From Sulfurimonadaceae bacterium (GTDB lineage Bacteria > Campylobacterota > Campylobacteria > Campylobacterales > Sulfurimonadaceae), in contig JBFESZ010000003.1 in assembly GCA_041548245.1 (NCBI GenBank), positions 1 through 44,797 on the forward strand: a stretch of 44,797 nt of DNA, given 5' to 3'. The number at the start of each line of letters is the position of its first letter. Positions within the stretch are counted from its first letter, which is position 1. Under the pieces are notes generated by a model. That model saw nothing but the letters and a program-made list of their open reading frames with translations, ran no database searches and was not told the origin of the DNA. Below, piece after piece: positions 19,515 to 28,718 of the stretch. The position numbers and the translations under genes are program-made.

Positions 19515-20179
19515 TACGAATACCCTCTATTGAGAAGGAACTCACTTTTCCTGACATTGAGACAGCCACCCCCGATGGTTTATTGGCATACGGGGGTGAC
19601 TTAAGCCCGCAACGTCTTCTTTTAGCCTATAGAAGCGGTATTTTCCCTTGGTACAACAGTGATGACCCGATTCTATGGTGGTCTCCAGATCCACGTTTTG
19701 TCCTTTTCCTCGATGAGTTTAAGCTGCGCAAATCCCTCAAGAAACGTATGAAGCATTTTGAGATCAGATACAACACGGCTTTTTCCGAAGTTATGAAAGC
19801 GTGTGGGAGCATTTCTAGAGAGGGACAGCAGGGCTCATGGATCATTCCCGAGATGATCGAAGCCTATAGGATTTTACATGAGATGGGATATGCCCACAGT
19901 GTGGAAGCCTGGCAGGACGGTAGGCTTGTCGGCGGATTATATGGACTTATGATTGGTAAGATGTTCTTTGGAGAGTCTATGTTCTCTAGAGTCAGGGATG
20001 CATCCAAAGTTGCCTTTGTACATCTGATAGAAAAACTCAAAGCAGGTGGCTGTACGATTATTGATTGTCAGATTCCATCGGAACATTTAAGAAGTCTTGG
20101 TGCGCGAGAGATATCGCGTAAAGAGTTCATAAAATGTTTACATCAAAGCATAGATGACACGTATGACCTTTCTTCATGA
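19511..20179 (+). CDS. aat: Leucyl/phenylalanyl-tRNA--protein transferase
   Basis: GLLAYGGDL, GIFPW, WWSPDPR, AHSVEAW, FFGESMFS, DCQ; TTG start overlaps the clpA stop. Confidence 0.95.
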   Translation: MIRIPSIEKELTFPDIETATPDGLLAYGGDLSPQRLLLAYRSGIFPWYNSDDPILWWSPDPRFVLFLDEFKLRKSLKKRMKHFEIRYNTAFSEVMKACGSISREGQQGSWIIPEMIEAYRILHEMGYAHSVEAWQDGRLVGGLYGLMIGKMFFGESMFSRVRDASKVAFVHLIEKLKAGGCTIIDCQIPSEHLRSLGAREISRKEFIKCLHQSIDDTYDLSS

Positions 20180-20322
20180 TTTTTTATTTGATAAGGTCCG
20201 TCTATATTGTAGATTAGACAAAATAATGATTCTCTTTTTTGGTAGAAATTACAGATATAATTAGCTAGCTTTAAGGTTAAAGACTTTAAACTGACTCTAT
20301 CTTAAATTGTACGGAGAGATGA

Positions 20323-20790
20323 ATGAAAAAACTTATCGTAAGTATCGCTGCAGTTGCAGCATTGAGCTCAGCTTTAATCGCTGGTCCTTTTGATGATCAA
20401 TCAGCAGGCCGCAATAGCCAAACAGGATGTGGACTTGGTTCAATCATTATCGCGAACGGTGATTCTGCTGTAATGTTGGCACTTCAAGCAACTACAAACG
20501 GAACTTCAGGTAACCAGACTTTTGGTATCACTTCAGGAACTTCTGGATGTAAAAAAACTAAGTTCGTTATGAATGAGCGTGCGGAAGAGTTTGTTGCTTC
20601 TAATATGGATCAGCTTGCAAAAGAGATCGCGGTAGGTCATGGTGAATCAGTTGATACACTTGCAGAGCTTCTTGCTGTAGAAGACAAAGAGGTATTCGCT
20701 TCTGCGCTTCAAGCCAATTACAACAGCATCTATACATCTCAAAACGTAGAGATGGCTGACGTTCTAGACAACATTTCTACAACAATGTAA
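20323..20790 (+). CDS. Secreted DUF3015-family protein
   Basis: Sec signal peptide (MKKLIV...ALIA), GCGLGS...ATTNGTSGNQTFGITSGTSGC signature, C-terminal LAKEIAVGHGE.LAELL; GGAG RBS. Confidence 0.85.
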   Translation: MKKLIVSIAAVAALSSALIAGPFDDQSAGRNSQTGCGLGSIIIANGDSAVMLALQATTNGTSGNQTFGITSGTSGCKKTKFVMNERAEEFVASNMDQLAKEIAVGHGESVDTLAELLAVEDKEVFASALQANYNSIYTSQNVEMADVLDNISTTM

Positions 20791-20796
20791 TCATTG

Positions 20797-20829
20797 ACTA
20801 GGCGGACTTTCCGCTTAGTACTTCATTTA
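20797..20829 (+). terminator. Hairpin or leaky terminator between the DUF3015 and DUF4105 genes
   Basis: ACTAGGCGGA-CTT-TCCGCTTAGT (10 bp, one G-U pair) followed by a weak U-tract. Confidence 0.65.
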
Positions 20830-20854
20830 ATACTCCTATTCACAAGGCACTACC

Positions 20855-22666
20855 ATCATACGCTTTATCATATTAACACTCCTGCTTATTGCATCTCTTT
20901 ATGCAAATACAGATGAGTATATTGCACTGGCAAAAGAAAAAAATCTTTCGGATTCACCCTATTGGCATATTTTACTGCATATGCCCGAGAATGAAAGTGA
21001 GATAGATGACAAAGCTTTTTTTCTTTCGCCTCATGGGATGGAGAATGCCCAAGCTGAACTTGAAGCGACAATAAGGGCCTTGGTCAATGAAGATCTTTTG
21101 GATGATAATGCGACAGCCTGCCGTTTTCCCGCACGCAAATGGTGGTTAAGTAAAGAGTTGGGAATGACGGACCTGCCAAAGGTCGAGTGTAAGGAGTTTG
21201 ACAGCTTGCTTGAAAGAGTGGACCCTCAAGCGGTGAGTCTCATCTTTCCATCAGCTTATATCAACTCGCCTGCATCGATGTTTGGGCATACCTTTCTTCG
21301 CATTGACTCATCCTATAATTCCAAAATGCTCTCTTATGCCATCAATTATGCGGCCAATGCCGACTCTTCGACAGAGAATGGGATGGTCTTTGCCATCAAG
21401 GGACTCTTTGGCGGATATTATGGGAACTATTCACTATTGCCTTATTATGAGAAGATCAAGGAGTACCGAGACACGGAAGAACGTGATATGTGGGAGTATG
21501 ATCTCAATCTTGATCAGGAAGAGATACGGCAGATGATGCGCCATATCTGGGAGATACATAATACCTACTCCTGGTATTACTTTTTTACCGAGAACTGTTC
21601 ATACAACATGCTTTGGCTGATCGAGGCTGCAAGACCAAGTGTGAAGTTACGTGAATACTTTAATTACCAAGTCCTTCCACCGGAGACTATTCATGTGTGT
21701 GTGGCTGAAGGCCTTGTGAAAAAACGTCACTATCGGCCCGCTAGGCGCAGCAAACTTTTAGCGTATGAATCCTATCTGCATGAGAGTGATTTTGATGATG
21801 TTTTTACTTTGGCTAGAGCAGAGCTCTCACCGAAGGATTTCTTAAGCAAGAATGAGAAATCCCTCCAGACACAGCGTTATATTCTTGAAGCCTCATCAGA
21901 GTTCATTGAGTATGATTTTTTGGCCGGAGACATCAATGCCAGCGTATATAGACAGAGGTTGCATTCGATACTTGGCGCACGTGCAGGGCTGGGAAAAGGT
22001 AAGAATATTGAGATTCCTATCCCTGTTGACCCGATGGAAGGGCATCGTGCTTTACGCCTTAGAGCTGAAGCAGGTATCCGGGACAGCGAAGGAATAGGAT
22101 TTATTGGCGTACGGCCTGCAAACCATGATATTAAAGACATCGATGTCGGGTTTTTACGTGGAACTCAGATAGAATTTTTTGACCTGCTCTTCTCTTATGG
22201 AAAAGATGATTTTAATGTCGAAAAAGCGACCCTTATCAATATTGTCTCCCTGGCACCCAGGAGTGAGTTCTTCAAGCCCTTGTCGTGGCGCTTAAACACA
22301 GGATGGGATAGAAGCTATTTGAGCAAGAGTACAAAATTCACTTCCAATGCTTCAGGAGGTTTGAGCTGGGGTAGTGAATGGGGATATGTCTATCTTCTGG
22401 CCGATGCACTTTTTTATACGGATAGAAGTCTGACAGCAGGTCTGGGGGGAATAGCAGGTGCGGTCATCTATGGAGGTGAGTCATTTAAAATAAACATGGA
22501 AGCTACACAGCGAATTTATGACACGGGACGAGAACAGTTCCTCTTTGGCGCATCTACACATTATAAAAGTTCACAAAACACAGCATTGTCAATCTCTTAT
22601 GAGTATATAGAAAAAGATCTAAACAATTGGGACACTTTCAAACTTACTTTCGATTACTTTTTTTAA
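20855..22666 (+). CDS. DUF4105 (Lnb N-terminal-like, Cys/His papain-like) domain protein with probable C-terminal outer-membrane beta-barrel
   Basis: SMFGHTFLRID and YYFFTENCSY motifs; amphipathic beta-strand C-terminus ending KLTFDYFF; frame open upstream of ATG 20981, encoding a signal peptide; start at ATC 20855 is inferred. Confidence 0.75.
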   Translation: MIRFIILTLLLIASLYANTDEYIALAKEKNLSDSPYWHILLHMPENESEIDDKAFFLSPHGMENAQAELEATIRALVNEDLLDDNATACRFPARKWWLSKELGMTDLPKVECKEFDSLLERVDPQAVSLIFPSAYINSPASMFGHTFLRIDSSYNSKMLSYAINYAANADSSTENGMVFAIKGLFGGYYGNYSLLPYYEKIKEYRDTEERDMWEYDLNLDQEEIRQMMRHIWEIHNTYSWYYFFTENCSYNMLWLIEAARPSVKLREYFNYQVLPPETIHVCVAEGLVKKRHYRPARRSKLLAYESYLHESDFDDVFTLARAELSPKDFLSKNEKSLQTQRYILEASSEFIEYDFLAGDINASVYRQRLHSILGARAGLGKGKNIEIPIPVDPMEGHRALRLRAEAGIRDSEGIGFIGVRPANHDIKDIDVGFLRGTQIEFFDLLFSYGKDDFNVEKATLINIVSLAPRSEFFKPLSWRLNTGWDRSYLSKSTKFTSNASGGLSWGSEWGYVYLLADALFYTDRSLTAGLGGIAGAVIYGGESFKINMEATQRIYDTGREQFLFGASTHYKSSQNTALSISYEYIEKDLNNWDTFKLTFDYFF

Positions 22667-22700
22667 TGGGTCAATTAAAATTTTTTAAATTTATTTGGGC

Positions 22701-22706
22701 TATAAT
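22701..22706 (+). promoter_or_regulatory. -10 box upstream of tal
   Basis: TATAAT preceded by T/A tracts typical of Campylobacterota RpoD promoters. Confidence 0.55.
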
Positions 22707-22732
22707 GTAAGCAATAATAACGAAGGCACGAA

Positions 22733-23713
22733 ATGTACATTGCAGATATAAACTTTTCGCTTTGGGCTGATTTCATTGAGAGAGATTACCTTGATGGAGA
22801 GTTTAAAGAACTTATAAATAAAAAGATAATTAATGGCGCTACGAGTAATCCTGCGATTTTTAAGAACGCTATTTTGACCTCACCGGCATATCAAGAACAG
22901 CTTTCGGGTTTGAGTGGCAGTGCAAAGGAAAAATATGAGGCCTTGGCGATTGCAGACATACAAAAAGCAGCGGATATACTCAAGCCTCTATATGAAAGCG
23001 GAGATGACGGTTTTGTAAGTATAGAAGTTGATCCAAATTTGTGTGATGATGCGCAAGGAACAATCGCTGAAGGTGAACGTCTTTATAAGACGATTGGTAG
23101 AGAAAACGTGATGATCAAAGTACCTGCAACAGAGGCGGGTTTCAAAGCAATGGAAGAACTGAGCGCTCAAGGTATTCATGTAAATGCGACGTTGATATTT
23201 TCTCTGACTGACGCGATCTCTTGTGCAAGGGCTTTTTCTAAAGGTGCTGCACGTGCAAACAAAAGAGCCTACAGTGTTATCTCTGTTTTTGTAAGTCGTG
23301 TGGACAGATTGCTTGATGGGAAGATGAAAGATGCCGGTCTTCTCCCTGGAAAACTGGGTATTTACAACGCGGCACGTATTTATAACGTGATTTCAACGAT
23401 GAATGTCCCTCAATGTCGCGTACTGTTTGCCAGTACAGGTGTTAAGGGAGATGAATATATTCCATCCTATTACGTGGATGAACTGATTGGTGCAAATACG
23501 ATTAATACCGCGCCTATAGAGACGATCCACGCTTTTGTCGCGAATGGAAGTCAGAGTGAAAAGCTTCCTTTGAACGAAGAGGAGATCAATGTTCATCTAG
23601 GCAATCTAGAACAAGCAGGGATTGACCTGGAAGCCGCACTGAAGGAACTGAAGGCAGATGGTTTGCTTGCCTTTAAAGAAGCGTTTTCTGAAATCTTGAA
23701 AGAATTGGAGTAA
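22733..23713 (+). CDS. tal: Transaldolase
   Basis: GATSNPAIF, FVSIEVDP, MIKVPAT (Schiff-base Lys), NATLIFS, SVFVSR, LFASTG. Confidence 0.95.
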   Translation: MYIADINFSLWADFIERDYLDGEFKELINKKIINGATSNPAIFKNAILTSPAYQEQLSGLSGSAKEKYEALAIADIQKAADILKPLYESGDDGFVSIEVDPNLCDDAQGTIAEGERLYKTIGRENVMIKVPATEAGFKAMEELSAQGIHVNATLIFSLTDAISCARAFSKGAARANKRAYSVISVFVSRVDRLLDGKMKDAGLLPGKLGIYNAARIYNVISTMNVPQCRVLFASTGVKGDEYIPSYYVDELIGANTINTAPIETIHAFVANGSQSEKLPLNEEEINVHLGNLEQAGIDLEAALKELKADGLLAFKEAFSEILKELE

Positions 23714-23715
23714 TT

Positions 23716-24939
23716 ATGTCTCAGCAAGTACCTGAAAGACGTGTAGCACAAGCTGCAAACGTTGAACAGTTGACCTTTGAAACTTTAAAGAAGATTCGTG
23801 CGTATCTTCAGCGAATGATTGATGCCGGAGGATCGGATTTGCATATTAAGGCAAACTCTGTTGTCCGTGCACGTATCAATGGTGATATCATTCCACTTTC
23901 AGGAGAGATTCTTTCTAAAGAGGATGCACTGACTTTTTCAAAGGAACTATTACGTGGCCGTTTCAATGAATTCGTTAAGAACAAGGAACTGGATTTAGTT
24001 TATCCCTATGATGAAAAGACGCGTTTTCGTGTAAATATCTTTTTTCAGATGGACGGGGTTTCAGCGGTATTCAGGGTCATCCCTGTAAAAATTCTCTCTA
24101 TTGAAGACCTTCAGCTTCCTGTCGTCGTACGCAAGTTCACAGAAGTAGAACGTGGTCTTGTTCTTGTTACCGGGGTAACAGGTTCTGGTAAATCAACAAC
24201 ACTTGCAGCGATTATCAATGAGATCAACTGGAAAAAGCGTAAACATATTATGACGATTGAAGACCCGATCGAGTTTGTCCATAAAGACAGAAAGTGTATT
24301 GTCAACCAACGTAGTATAGGCCAGGATACACATAACTTCTCGTCTGCTCTTCGTGCAGCGCTTCGTCAGGATCCCGATATTATTCTTGTCGGGGAGATGC
24401 GGGACCTAGAGACAATTGAGATTGCCTTACATGCGGCAGACACTGGTCACCTGGTCTTCTCGACGCTTCACACACTTGATGCAAAAGAGACGATTAATCG
24501 TATTATTTCGATGTTCCCTGGTGAGGAACAAAATCGTGTCCGTTTGACATTATCATCTGTTATTCAAGGTATAGTCTCTCAGCGTCTTATCCCTACACTT
24601 GATGGCAAACGTACGGCAGCGGTAGAGGTGTTGGTCAGAACCCCGCGTATAGAGCAGCTCATTATGGAAGGCCGAGATGTCGAGATCAAGGACGCGATTG
24701 AAGAGGGGAAAGATATTTATGGTTCACAAAGTTTTGACCAGGGTATTTTAGACCTTTTCCTTTCAAAAAGAATTTCCAAAGAAGATGCTTTTACCTATGC
24801 TACATCGGCCAGTGATTTGAAATTGAGAATGGAGGGGCTTGCTTCTGCTGTTACGGCAAAAGCTCCACAAGATGGTGAAGAAGAGGAGAAAGAAGAGAGG
24901 GTATTTGATGAAGATGAGATATTCTCAATCAAAGAGTAG
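23716..24939 (+). CDS. pilT: PilT/PilU-family type IV pilus retraction ATPase
   Basis: SDLHI, GVTGSGKSTT, TIEDPIE, ALRQDPDIILVGEMRD, TGHLVFSTLH. Confidence 0.88.
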   Translation: MSQQVPERRVAQAANVEQLTFETLKKIRAYLQRMIDAGGSDLHIKANSVVRARINGDIIPLSGEILSKEDALTFSKELLRGRFNEFVKNKELDLVYPYDEKTRFRVNIFFQMDGVSAVFRVIPVKILSIEDLQLPVVVRKFTEVERGLVLVTGVTGSGKSTTLAAIINEINWKKRKHIMTIEDPIEFVHKDRKCIVNQRSIGQDTHNFSSALRAALRQDPDIILVGEMRDLETIEIALHAADTGHLVFSTLHTLDAKETINRIISMFPGEEQNRVRLTLSSVIQGIVSQRLIPTLDGKRTAAVEVLVRTPRIEQLIMEGRDVEIKDAIEEGKDIYGSQSFDQGILDLFLSKRISKEDAFTYATSASDLKLRMEGLASAVTAKAPQDGEEEEKEERVFDEDEIFSIKE

Positions 24940-25030
24940 TACTATGATACAAAACACTCCTTGTTCCGAAGTTTTAAGCTAATAAAACAGATTCTTTTTA
25001 AGATTAATCTCATTTTAAAAAGAAGTACAC

Positions 25031-25043
25031 TATAATTCGCCAC
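25031..25043 (+). promoter_or_regulatory. -10 box with GC-rich discriminator upstream of rplY
   Basis: TATAAT followed by TCGCCAC. Confidence 0.6.
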
Positions 25044-25063
25044 ATTTTTTTAAAGGAAACAAC

Positions 25064-25600
25064 ATGCTAGAAGGCATTATTAGAGAGAGTATTGGTAAGA
25101 AGAGCGCTAAAGCACTTCGCCGAGATGGTTATCTTGTTGCTAACATCTACGGAAAAGGCTTAGAGAATATCGATGCTGCATTTAAGGCAAACGAGTATAT
25201 TCGTACTGTTAAAAAGAAAGAGACAGTGGCTTTCCCAGTAAAAGTAGGTGATAAAGAGTTGAATGTTGTTGTTCAAGCTTATCAAAGTCATCCACTGACT
25301 GGTGATCTTGTGCACGTAGACCTTATGGTAGCACAACCTGGTATTGAGACTAAATATATGGTTCCGGTTAATCCAATTGGTGATCCTATCGGTCTTAAGA
25401 ACAAAGGACTTTTACACGTTGCTAAAAAACGTCTTGCAGTAAAAGCTAAAGTTGAAGATCTTCCAGCTAGTATTGATGTGAATGTTGCACCTCTTGATCT
25501 TGGCGATTCTGTATTGATCCGTGATTTAGAAGCACCAGCAAATGTAAAATTCTTAGATGCAGACCGTGTGTCTGTACTAAGTGTTATCAAAGCGAAGTAA
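25064..25600 (+). CDS. rplY: 50S ribosomal protein L25/Ctc
   Basis: [30 protein letters not shown]; precedes pth. Confidence 0.95.
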   Translation: MLEGIIRESIGKKSAKALRRDGYLVANIYGKGLENIDAAFKANEYIRTVKKKETVAFPVKVGDKELNVVVQAYQSHPLTGDLVHVDLMVAQPGIETKYMVPVNPIGDPIGLKNKGLLHVAKKRLAVKAKVEDLPASIDVNVAPLDLGDSVLIRDLEAPANVKFLDADRVSVLSVIKAK

Positions 25601-25617
25601 TTATCGCTTTGAACCTC

Positions 25618-25649
25618 AAGGGTGCATTAGGCACTCTTTTCTCCTCTTT
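25618..25649 (+). terminator. Intrinsic terminator after rplY
   Basis: AAGGGTGC-ATTAG-GCACTCTT followed by a pyrimidine/T tract. Confidence 0.65.
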
Positions 25650-25671
25650 GTATTCCAAGGATAAAAAACAG

Positions 25672-26238
25672 ATGACACTAATCGTAGGTTTAGGAAATCC
25701 TGGCAATGAATACGCAACTACACGACACAATATTGGTTTTATGGTTATTGACGAATTGCTTAGACGCAATGCGCATCAGGATGTTTCAAAAAGCTCATTC
25801 CAGGGCGAGGTATTTAAATCCAAGAACAGCATATTTTTAAAACCAATGACCTATATGAACTTATCAGGTAAAAGTATTTTAAAGGTAAAAAATTTTTACA
25901 AGATCAATAAGGTCATTGTGATTCATGATGACCTCGATCTTCCTTTCGGTGCTTTGCGATTTAAACTGGGTGGAGGACATGGAGGTCATAACGGGTTAAA
26001 GTCAACCGATGCTATGATTACTAAAGAATACATTCGGGTACGAATGGGTATAGGTCGGCCAGCAAATAAGGGGGAAGTCTCTTCTTTTGTGTTATCATCT
26101 TTTTCACAAGAAGAACAGCCTTATTTAGAAAAATGGATCAGTAAGGCAGCCGATGCCATTGAAGAGATGAGTATCGGGGATTGGGAGAAAGTGGCTTCAT
26201 TACACTCTATTAAGAAGTTGAACATCCAAAACAAATAG
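25672..26238 (+). CDS. pth: Peptidyl-tRNA hydrolase
   Basis: LIVGLGNPG, TRHNIGF, TYMNLSG, HDDLD, GGHNG; start at ATG 25672 behind AAGGA. Confidence 0.96.
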   Translation: MTLIVGLGNPGNEYATTRHNIGFMVIDELLRRNAHQDVSKSSFQGEVFKSKNSIFLKPMTYMNLSGKSILKVKNFYKINKVIVIHDDLDLPFGALRFKLGGGHGGHNGLKSTDAMITKEYIRVRMGIGRPANKGEVSSFVLSSFSQEEQPYLEKWISKAADAIEEMSIGDWEKVASLHSIKKLNIQNK

Positions 26239-26268
26239 ATCATCGTATCCATTCGAAGGGAAAAGTAA

Positions 26269-27336
26269 ATGTTGGCATTTAAAAACATATCTTTGCTTTA
26301 TCTGAAATATGTTCTGATTATTGTTTCAGCCTTGGTTCTTTTCTTTGTCGGTTTTGATGTCATGGATAATATGGGTGGTCTTCCCGATTCGGCTAACCTC
26401 AAACTTTTATATGCTCTTTTTCGTTCTTACTACGCACTGGATGTATTATTCCCTATCTCATTGATTTTTGCGATGATTGCAGCAAAGATTGCCTTGATAC
26501 GTTCAAATGCTTTGGTGGCTTACTATTCATTGGGATATTCCAAAGCAGATATTTTACGTCCCTTCTCACTTATTGCCACTTTCTTGACTCTTGTCTTTAT
26601 TCTTTTACATTTTTATGCTCCTTTTGCGAAGGGAAAAGAGTACTCGAACAACATATATGCCAATAAAATCAATGGTACGCCAACTGAAGACCTGTTTTTT
26701 ACCTATGAAGATTATTATGTCTATTTTAAAGAGTTGCATCCGCTTCAGCAAAGAGCAAAGGATATACGTGTATTCAAACTTGAAAAAAATGATCTGCGTG
26801 AGGTGATTGTCTCTGAAGAAGCACGATATATTGATGATTATTGGGTATTACAGAAGGCCCATAAACTTGTTAAACCTCATAATGTTGGCTTGAAAAGTGA
26901 GGGGATAGTTGTTTCAGAAGAGGAAAACCTTAGACTGTTAAAAGACTTTAGACCTGAGATCCTCGACCAGGTCTATGAGGGTAGCTCCACATATACTATC
27001 ATGGATGCATTTGATGCGATGAAACTTTTGGATGAGCAGAACATCAATACAGATAAAGTCAAAAGTGTTTTGTACAAGACAATTATTTATCCTTTCTTTG
27101 TTCCTTTTGTTGTGATAATTATCTTCTTTTTCGTACCAATCAGCCCACGTTTTTTGAATGTGACACTTTTTAGTTTTGGGGCTTTATTGATTACTTTGCT
27201 GATTTGGGGGATATTCTATACACTGATTCAACTCTCAAATGCACAGACAATATCAGGTGAACTGGGGATTGTCTTACCGGTTATCTTATTGGGACTTAGT
27301 AGTGTCTTGGTGTGGTATAAAAAAGGCACGGCTTAA
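26269..27336 (+). CDS. LptF/LptG-family LPS export permease
   Basis: Three N-terminal and three C-terminal TM segments around a periplasmic beta-rich domain; RSNAL.A..SLG.S coupling helix; position between pth and lysA. Confidence 0.8.
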   Translation: MLAFKNISLLYLKYVLIIVSALVLFFVGFDVMDNMGGLPDSANLKLLYALFRSYYALDVLFPISLIFAMIAAKIALIRSNALVAYYSLGYSKADILRPFSLIATFLTLVFILLHFYAPFAKGKEYSNNIYANKINGTPTEDLFFTYEDYYVYFKELHPLQQRAKDIRVFKLEKNDLREVIVSEEARYIDDYWVLQKAHKLVKPHNVGLKSEGIVVSEEENLRLLKDFRPEILDQVYEGSSTYTIMDAFDAMKLLDEQNINTDKVKSVLYKTIIYPFFVPFVVIIIFFFVPISPRFLNVTLFSFGALLITLLIWGIFYTLIQLSNAQTISGELGIVLPVILLGLSSVLVWYKKGTA

Positions 27337-27428
27337 CTCACATAAGTATAAGCTCTTTTTCGCTAGAATCGCGTCAATATATATAAGGGTGGCGATGCAT
27401 CTGTACACACCCAGGATAAAGGGCAAGA

Positions 27429-28634
27429 ATGATTAACTTTTCTGAGTTGGCTGAAAAATACCAAACCCCATTGTATGTGTATGATTTCGATATGATCACA
27501 CAACAGTATCAGGCTTTGAAAGAGGCTTTTCGTGCACGAAAGGCAATCTTGGCATATGCAGTAAAGTCTAATTCAAACCTGAGTGTCGTTCAGCATTTGG
27601 CAAAGCTGGGTGCTGGAGCAGATTGTGTCTCAATTGGTGAAGTCAGAAGAGCATTGACAGCCGGAATACCTAAGTACAAGATCATATTTTCGGGTGTAGG
27701 AAAACAAGACCATGAGATCCAAGAAGCGTTGGAGTCTGACATCTTGTTCATCAACCTAGAGAGCGAAGCTGAACTTGAACGTGTAGAGACGATCGCTAAA
27801 GAGTTGGGTATCCAAGCACGTATTTCGATTCGAGTCAATCCAAATATCGATCCAAAAACACATCCATATATTTCAACAGGTCTTCATGGGAACAAATTCG
27901 GTGTAGAAATCAATGCAGCCAAGCGTATGTACCTTAAGGCGAAGAACTCAGAACATCTAGATCCGGTTGGTATTCATTTTCATATCGGTTCTCAGTTGAC
28001 TGAGCTTGAGCCAATTCGTGAAGCAGCAGAGATTGTAGCGGACCTTGTTCGTTCACTTCAAGCGGTGGATATCAACTTGAAATTTTTTGATGTCGGTGGT
28101 GGTTTAGGTGTTACCTACGATGACGAGGTGACGATTGATCCCAAAGAGTATGCTCAGGCTATTTTAGGAACGATGACAGGTCTTGATATGACGATTATGT
28201 GTGAACCGGGTCGTTTTATAACAGCCAATGCAGGGTATTTTTTGACACGTGTCCTGTATGAGAAGCAAAATGACGAAAAGCGTTTTGTTGTAGTAGATGG
28301 TGCAATGAACGATCTTATCCGTCCAAGTTTGTATTCAGCGTATCACAAGATAGAAGCTGTTGAGAATGAAGGTGAGTTGAGTCCAGCTGATATTGTTGGT
28401 CCGGTCTGTGAAAGCGGGGATTTTTTTGCAAAAGACAGGTTGTTGCCGAAGTTCAAGCATAATGATTTGATACTGGTTCACAGTGCAGGTGCGTATGGTT
28501 TTGGAATGGGAAGCAATTATAATACACGCGGCCGTTCAGCTGAAGTCGCTGTAGAAGACGGAACAGATAGATTGATCCGCCGTCGTGAAGCCTTTGAAGA
28601 TCTGATTGCCTTAGAAAAAGAGTTTCTTAACTAA
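27429..28634 (+). CDS. lysA: Diaminopimelate decarboxylase
   Basis: YAVKSN, HFHIGSQ, DVGGG, CEPGR, GPVCESGD. Confidence 0.97.
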   Translation: MINFSELAEKYQTPLYVYDFDMITQQYQALKEAFRARKAILAYAVKSNSNLSVVQHLAKLGAGADCVSIGEVRRALTAGIPKYKIIFSGVGKQDHEIQEALESDILFINLESEAELERVETIAKELGIQARISIRVNPNIDPKTHPYISTGLHGNKFGVEINAAKRMYLKAKNSEHLDPVGIHFHIGSQLTELEPIREAAEIVADLVRSLQAVDINLKFFDVGGGLGVTYDDEVTIDPKEYAQAILGTMTGLDMTIMCEPGRFITANAGYFLTRVLYEKQNDEKRFVVVDGAMNDLIRPSLYSAYHKIEAVENEGELSPADIVGPVCESGDFFAKDRLLPKFKHNDLILVHSAGAYGFGMGSNYNTRGRSAEVAVEDGTDRLIRRREAFEDLIALEKEFLN

Positions 28635-28718
28635 GACTGCCAATAAACACTGCTTAATATGCTAATATTATGATTAAAATATTCAGCACATTAGCTATCA
28701 AAAAATCTAGGAAAATGT

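Noticed and set aside
17032-20179. clpS-clpA-aat N-degron cluster as a novel system
   Set aside because: A known pathway, with the same arrangement as in Campylobacter.
20323-20790. DUF3015 protein as a lipoprotein substrate for a classical N-acyltransferase
   Set aside because: No lipobox; the first Cys lies about 16 residues past the predicted signal peptidase I site.
27364-27428. Small GGGTG...CACCC stem in the lysA leader as a possible lysine riboswitch
   Set aside because: The leader after the TAGAAT -10 is only about 50 nt, far shorter than a lysine riboswitch, and has no terminator.
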